Positions 47,793-49,320 of a stretch of 49,320 nucleotides of DNA are shown one piece after another. The translations under genes and the position numbers were made by a program. The notes beneath the pieces were generated by a model, which saw only the letters and a list, made by a program, of their open reading frames with translations, did not search any database and was not told the DNA's origin. The stretch's first letter is position 1. Each line of letters begins with the position of its first letter. The stretch lies in IMG/VR virus record IMGVR_UViG_3300021066_000003. One strand, written 5' to 3'. The DNA comes from a virus.

Positions 47793-48133
47793 GCTCGTCT
47801 TTCGAAGTGCGGGACGTCCTTGAAGCTGTTCCAGTTTCCGCCCCAGCTGTTCTTCTCGCTAAGGCTTTCCCAAAAGGTGCCGAGCGGCTTCAGCGCCGTC
47901 ACATCGTAGACCAGCTTCCCATCCTTGAAAAAGTTGAGATCGACCGCCAGGCGCTTGAGGTGGAAGGAGTTCATCGTCTTCGAGCGCCCGGTCTTGACGT
48001 AGATGGCCTGCTGCTCCGGGGTCCGGTAGAGCTCGCCGGCCGTGACGGTCCAGCCTATGTCTGCGGCGTACTGGATTAGCCTGGCGACGTCCTGCAGGAA
48101 GGCGGCTTGCTCAGTGACCAGCGCCATTGCCAT
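47789..48133 (-). CDS. Endolysin, peptidase M15 (L-Ala-D-Glu / D-Ala-D-Ala peptidase) family (114 aa)
   Basis: SFHLKRLAVDL (H-x3-L-A-x-D) and WGGNWNSFKDVPHFE (D-x-x-H) zinc-ligand motifs. Confidence 0.8.
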   Translation of the reverse strand: MAMALVTEQAAFLQDVARLIQYAADIGWTVTAGELYRTPEQQAIYVKTGRSKTMNSFHLKRLAVDLNFFKDGKLVYDVTALKPLGTFWESLSEKNSWGGNWNSFKDVPHFERRA

Positions 48134-48650
48134 TGCGCAGCGTGTCGACGATCGCCTGCTGCTGCCGCGCTGAATCCTTGCTAGACCCGAACTCGAATCC
48201 GTAGACGTCCTTCACGATCACGATGAGACCGCCTAGGACGATGAGCAGGATGTCACGAGACTCGGCTGGGACCTTCACGAGAAAGAGGAGCAGGATGGTG
48301 ACGAATAGCGAGCCGATCGCTCCATAGGCCAGGAAATCGCCGCGGACGTTATTCTTCCCCGCCTTGATGAACTCGACGTCCCGGGCTCTGGCGTCCTTGC
48401 GATCCTCCAGAAACGCCTTCGTTTCCTCCAGCGCTGCGTCGACCAGAAACTCCTCGTGCTCCATCTGCTTTATCTGAAGCTGCTGCAGGAGCTCCGGGGA
48501 TAGCTTCGCTGGGTCGTCCGGGATCTTGACGCCCAGCTTCTCCTCGACGACTTCCTTTCCCTTGGCCTCGATCGCCTTGGCGAGCACGCCAAGGCCGTTC
48601 TTCGCGAGCTCGGCAAGTACCCCAGCGAAAAGAGGCGCAAGCGGTGCCAT
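48111..48650 (-). CDS. Holin candidate (179 aa)
   Basis: ATG 48650. An amphipathic N-terminus (MAPLAPLFAGVLAELAKNGLGVLAKAIE) and two C-terminal TM helices (FLAYGAIGSLFVTILLLFLV, ILLIVLGGLIVIV). It resembles GTA-type holins and lies directly upstream of the endolysin. Confidence 0.5.
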   Translation of the reverse strand: MAPLAPLFAGVLAELAKNGLGVLAKAIEAKGKEVVEEKLGVKIPDDPAKLSPELLQQLQIKQMEHEEFLVDAALEETKAFLEDRKDARARDVEFIKAGKNNVRGDFLAYGAIGSLFVTILLLFLVKVPAESRDILLIVLGGLIVIVKDVYGFEFGSSKDSARQQQAIVDTLRNGNGAGH

Positions 48651-48799
48651 TACTCGCTCCCCTTGCACTGCACGCGGACGAAGGTGGCGCCCTGCTCGTT
48701 CTGACCCACCATCATGAAGGCGCACAGACCGTTGAACCCGCCTGCCGAAGCACAGCCGGTCAGGACCACCAACGCCGCAAACACCAGGAGAAGTTTCAT
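48650..48799 (-). CDS. Small lipoprotein, o-spanin (Rz1-like) candidate (49 aa)
   Basis: MKLLLVFAALVVLTGCAS carries a lipobox. ATGA overlap upstream and TAATG overlap downstream. Confidence 0.5.
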   Translation of the reverse strand: MKLLLVFAALVVLTGCASAGGFNGLCAFMMVGQNEQGATFVRVQCKGSE

Positions 48800-49062
48800 T
48801 TCAGTTGCTCCATCAAGCGCTCGTATCTGTCCTGGGCACGTTGCTCGTTCTCGCGGATCTGGTCGAAGATTTTTGCCTGAGTCCCGCGCAGGACTCCGAT
48901 TTCGTTCGTGATCGCGCTGAGTTGGTTGTTGACGGTGTGCTTGTCGGCCTTTTTGTCGAACCGTCCGTCCAGATATTTCAGGAATCCCCACACGGCGCCT
49001 CCTGCGGATAGGAGCGCGCCAGCGACCCATTTCCAGAAGGAAGGATCGTTGTCGACGCTCAT
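48796..49062 (-). CDS. N-terminal-TM coiled-coil protein, i-spanin (Rz-like) or holin-partner candidate (88 aa)
   Basis: A TM segment (WKWVAGALLSAGGAVWGFL) is followed by a coiled coil (…ITNEIGVLRGTQAKIFDQIRENEQRAQDRYERLMEQLK). Confidence 0.45.
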   Translation of the reverse strand: MSVDNDPSFWKWVAGALLSAGGAVWGFLKYLDGRFDKKADKHTVNNQLSAITNEIGVLRGTQAKIFDQIRENEQRAQDRYERLMEQLK

Positions 49063-49320
49063 TGCTGCCCAGCGACTTCCGCCCGAACTCCAAGAGCGGT
49101 CATCTGCTGCACAAAATCCATCCGTGCCTTCTCGTTGCCAGGGTTCGCGACAACCAGCGCCATCGTTCGCGCGACTTCCGGGTCGTAGAAGGCCGCTTCC
49201 ATCGCCACAGCCTTGTGCTCACGTCGCAGCTTGTCGAACCAGCGCCCGAGGAAGGCGGCGCCCTCCTGCATCGGCCCGCTGCGTCCGCGCTCCACGTTCA
49301 GGGCGTGGCTGATGATCGCC
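49059..49320 (-). CDS. C-terminal end of the junction-spanning 888-aa ejection protein (same gene as 1..2532)
   Basis: Track ORF 49059..49295 (…GPMQEGAAFLGRWFDKLRREHKAVAMEAAFYDPEVART…VAGQQ) is in phase with the open frame at 1..2532 through the 127-bp repeat. Confidence 0.85.
   Translation of the reverse strand, partial: AIISHALNVERGRSGPMQEGAAFLGRWFDKLRREHKAVAMEAAFYDPEVARTMALVVANPGNEKARMDFVQQMTALGVRAEVAGQQ
49194..49320. repeat. Right copy of the exact 127-bp direct terminal repeat
   Basis: Identical to positions 1-127. Confidence 0.95.

Larger units (their letters stand above)
1..49193. mobile_element. One complete unit of a circularly closed, GC-rich temperate phage genome (podovirus-like virion module, integrase plus attP-like region, lysis cassette)
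   Basis: The terminal 127 bp are identical at both window ends. Portal, terminase, HK97-type capsid, ejection proteins, endolysin, DnaB and two tyrosine recombinases are present. Coding is nearly gap-free, with pervasive ATGA/GTGA start-stop overlaps. Confidence 0.85.

Overview
The window is one complete, circularly closed unit of a GC-rich temperate phage with a podovirus-like virion module. Its unit length is 49,193 bp, because positions 1-127 are repeated exactly at 49194-49320.

Genome layout:
- A leftward operon runs from about 26972 down to 1 and, through the repeat, on to 47592. It encodes small Cys-rich proteins, terminase small and large subunits, a collagen-like fibre, portal, scaffold, capsid, tail proteins, tail fibre, ejection proteins and the lysis cassette.
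- A rightward orphan operon occupies 27146-29317.
- A leftward replication operon occupies 34395-29320. It holds a Cro-like gene, a terminator, an HTH protein, a replication initiator, DnaB, a second tyrosine recombinase and two nucleases.
- An XRE-repressor operon occupies 34471-35254.
- A long rightward early operon occupies 35353-46031. It holds a recombination pair and roughly 35 small overlapping ORFs.
- A DUF4224 Xis-like gene, an integrase and an AT-rich attP-like region occupy 46252-47591.

Most notable observations:
1. A salvage-only 7-deazaguanine DNA-modification cassette at 42465-44142. It consists of an NDT-like protein, a minimal DpdA/TGT-like protein, an 81-aa QueF-like T-fold protein and a YhhQ-type transporter.
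2. Sugar-modifying enzymes embedded in the virion module: a glycosyltransferase and a hexapeptide acetyltransferase at 11606-12747, a Gfo/Idh/MocA oxidoreductase at 17606-18430, and a GNAT-like protein at 5014-5475.
3. A shared AAGCATACTT/AAGTATGCTT operator motif at three control regions.
4. Two tyrosine recombinases in one genome.
5. An 888-aa ejection-protein gene that spans the circular junction and is absent from the ORF track.

All functional calls come from motif and architecture recognition by eye. No database search was run. Many long ORFs in the track are antisense or alternate-frame shadows typical of GC-rich DNA. No tRNA, rRNA, CRISPR array or reverse transcriptase was seen.
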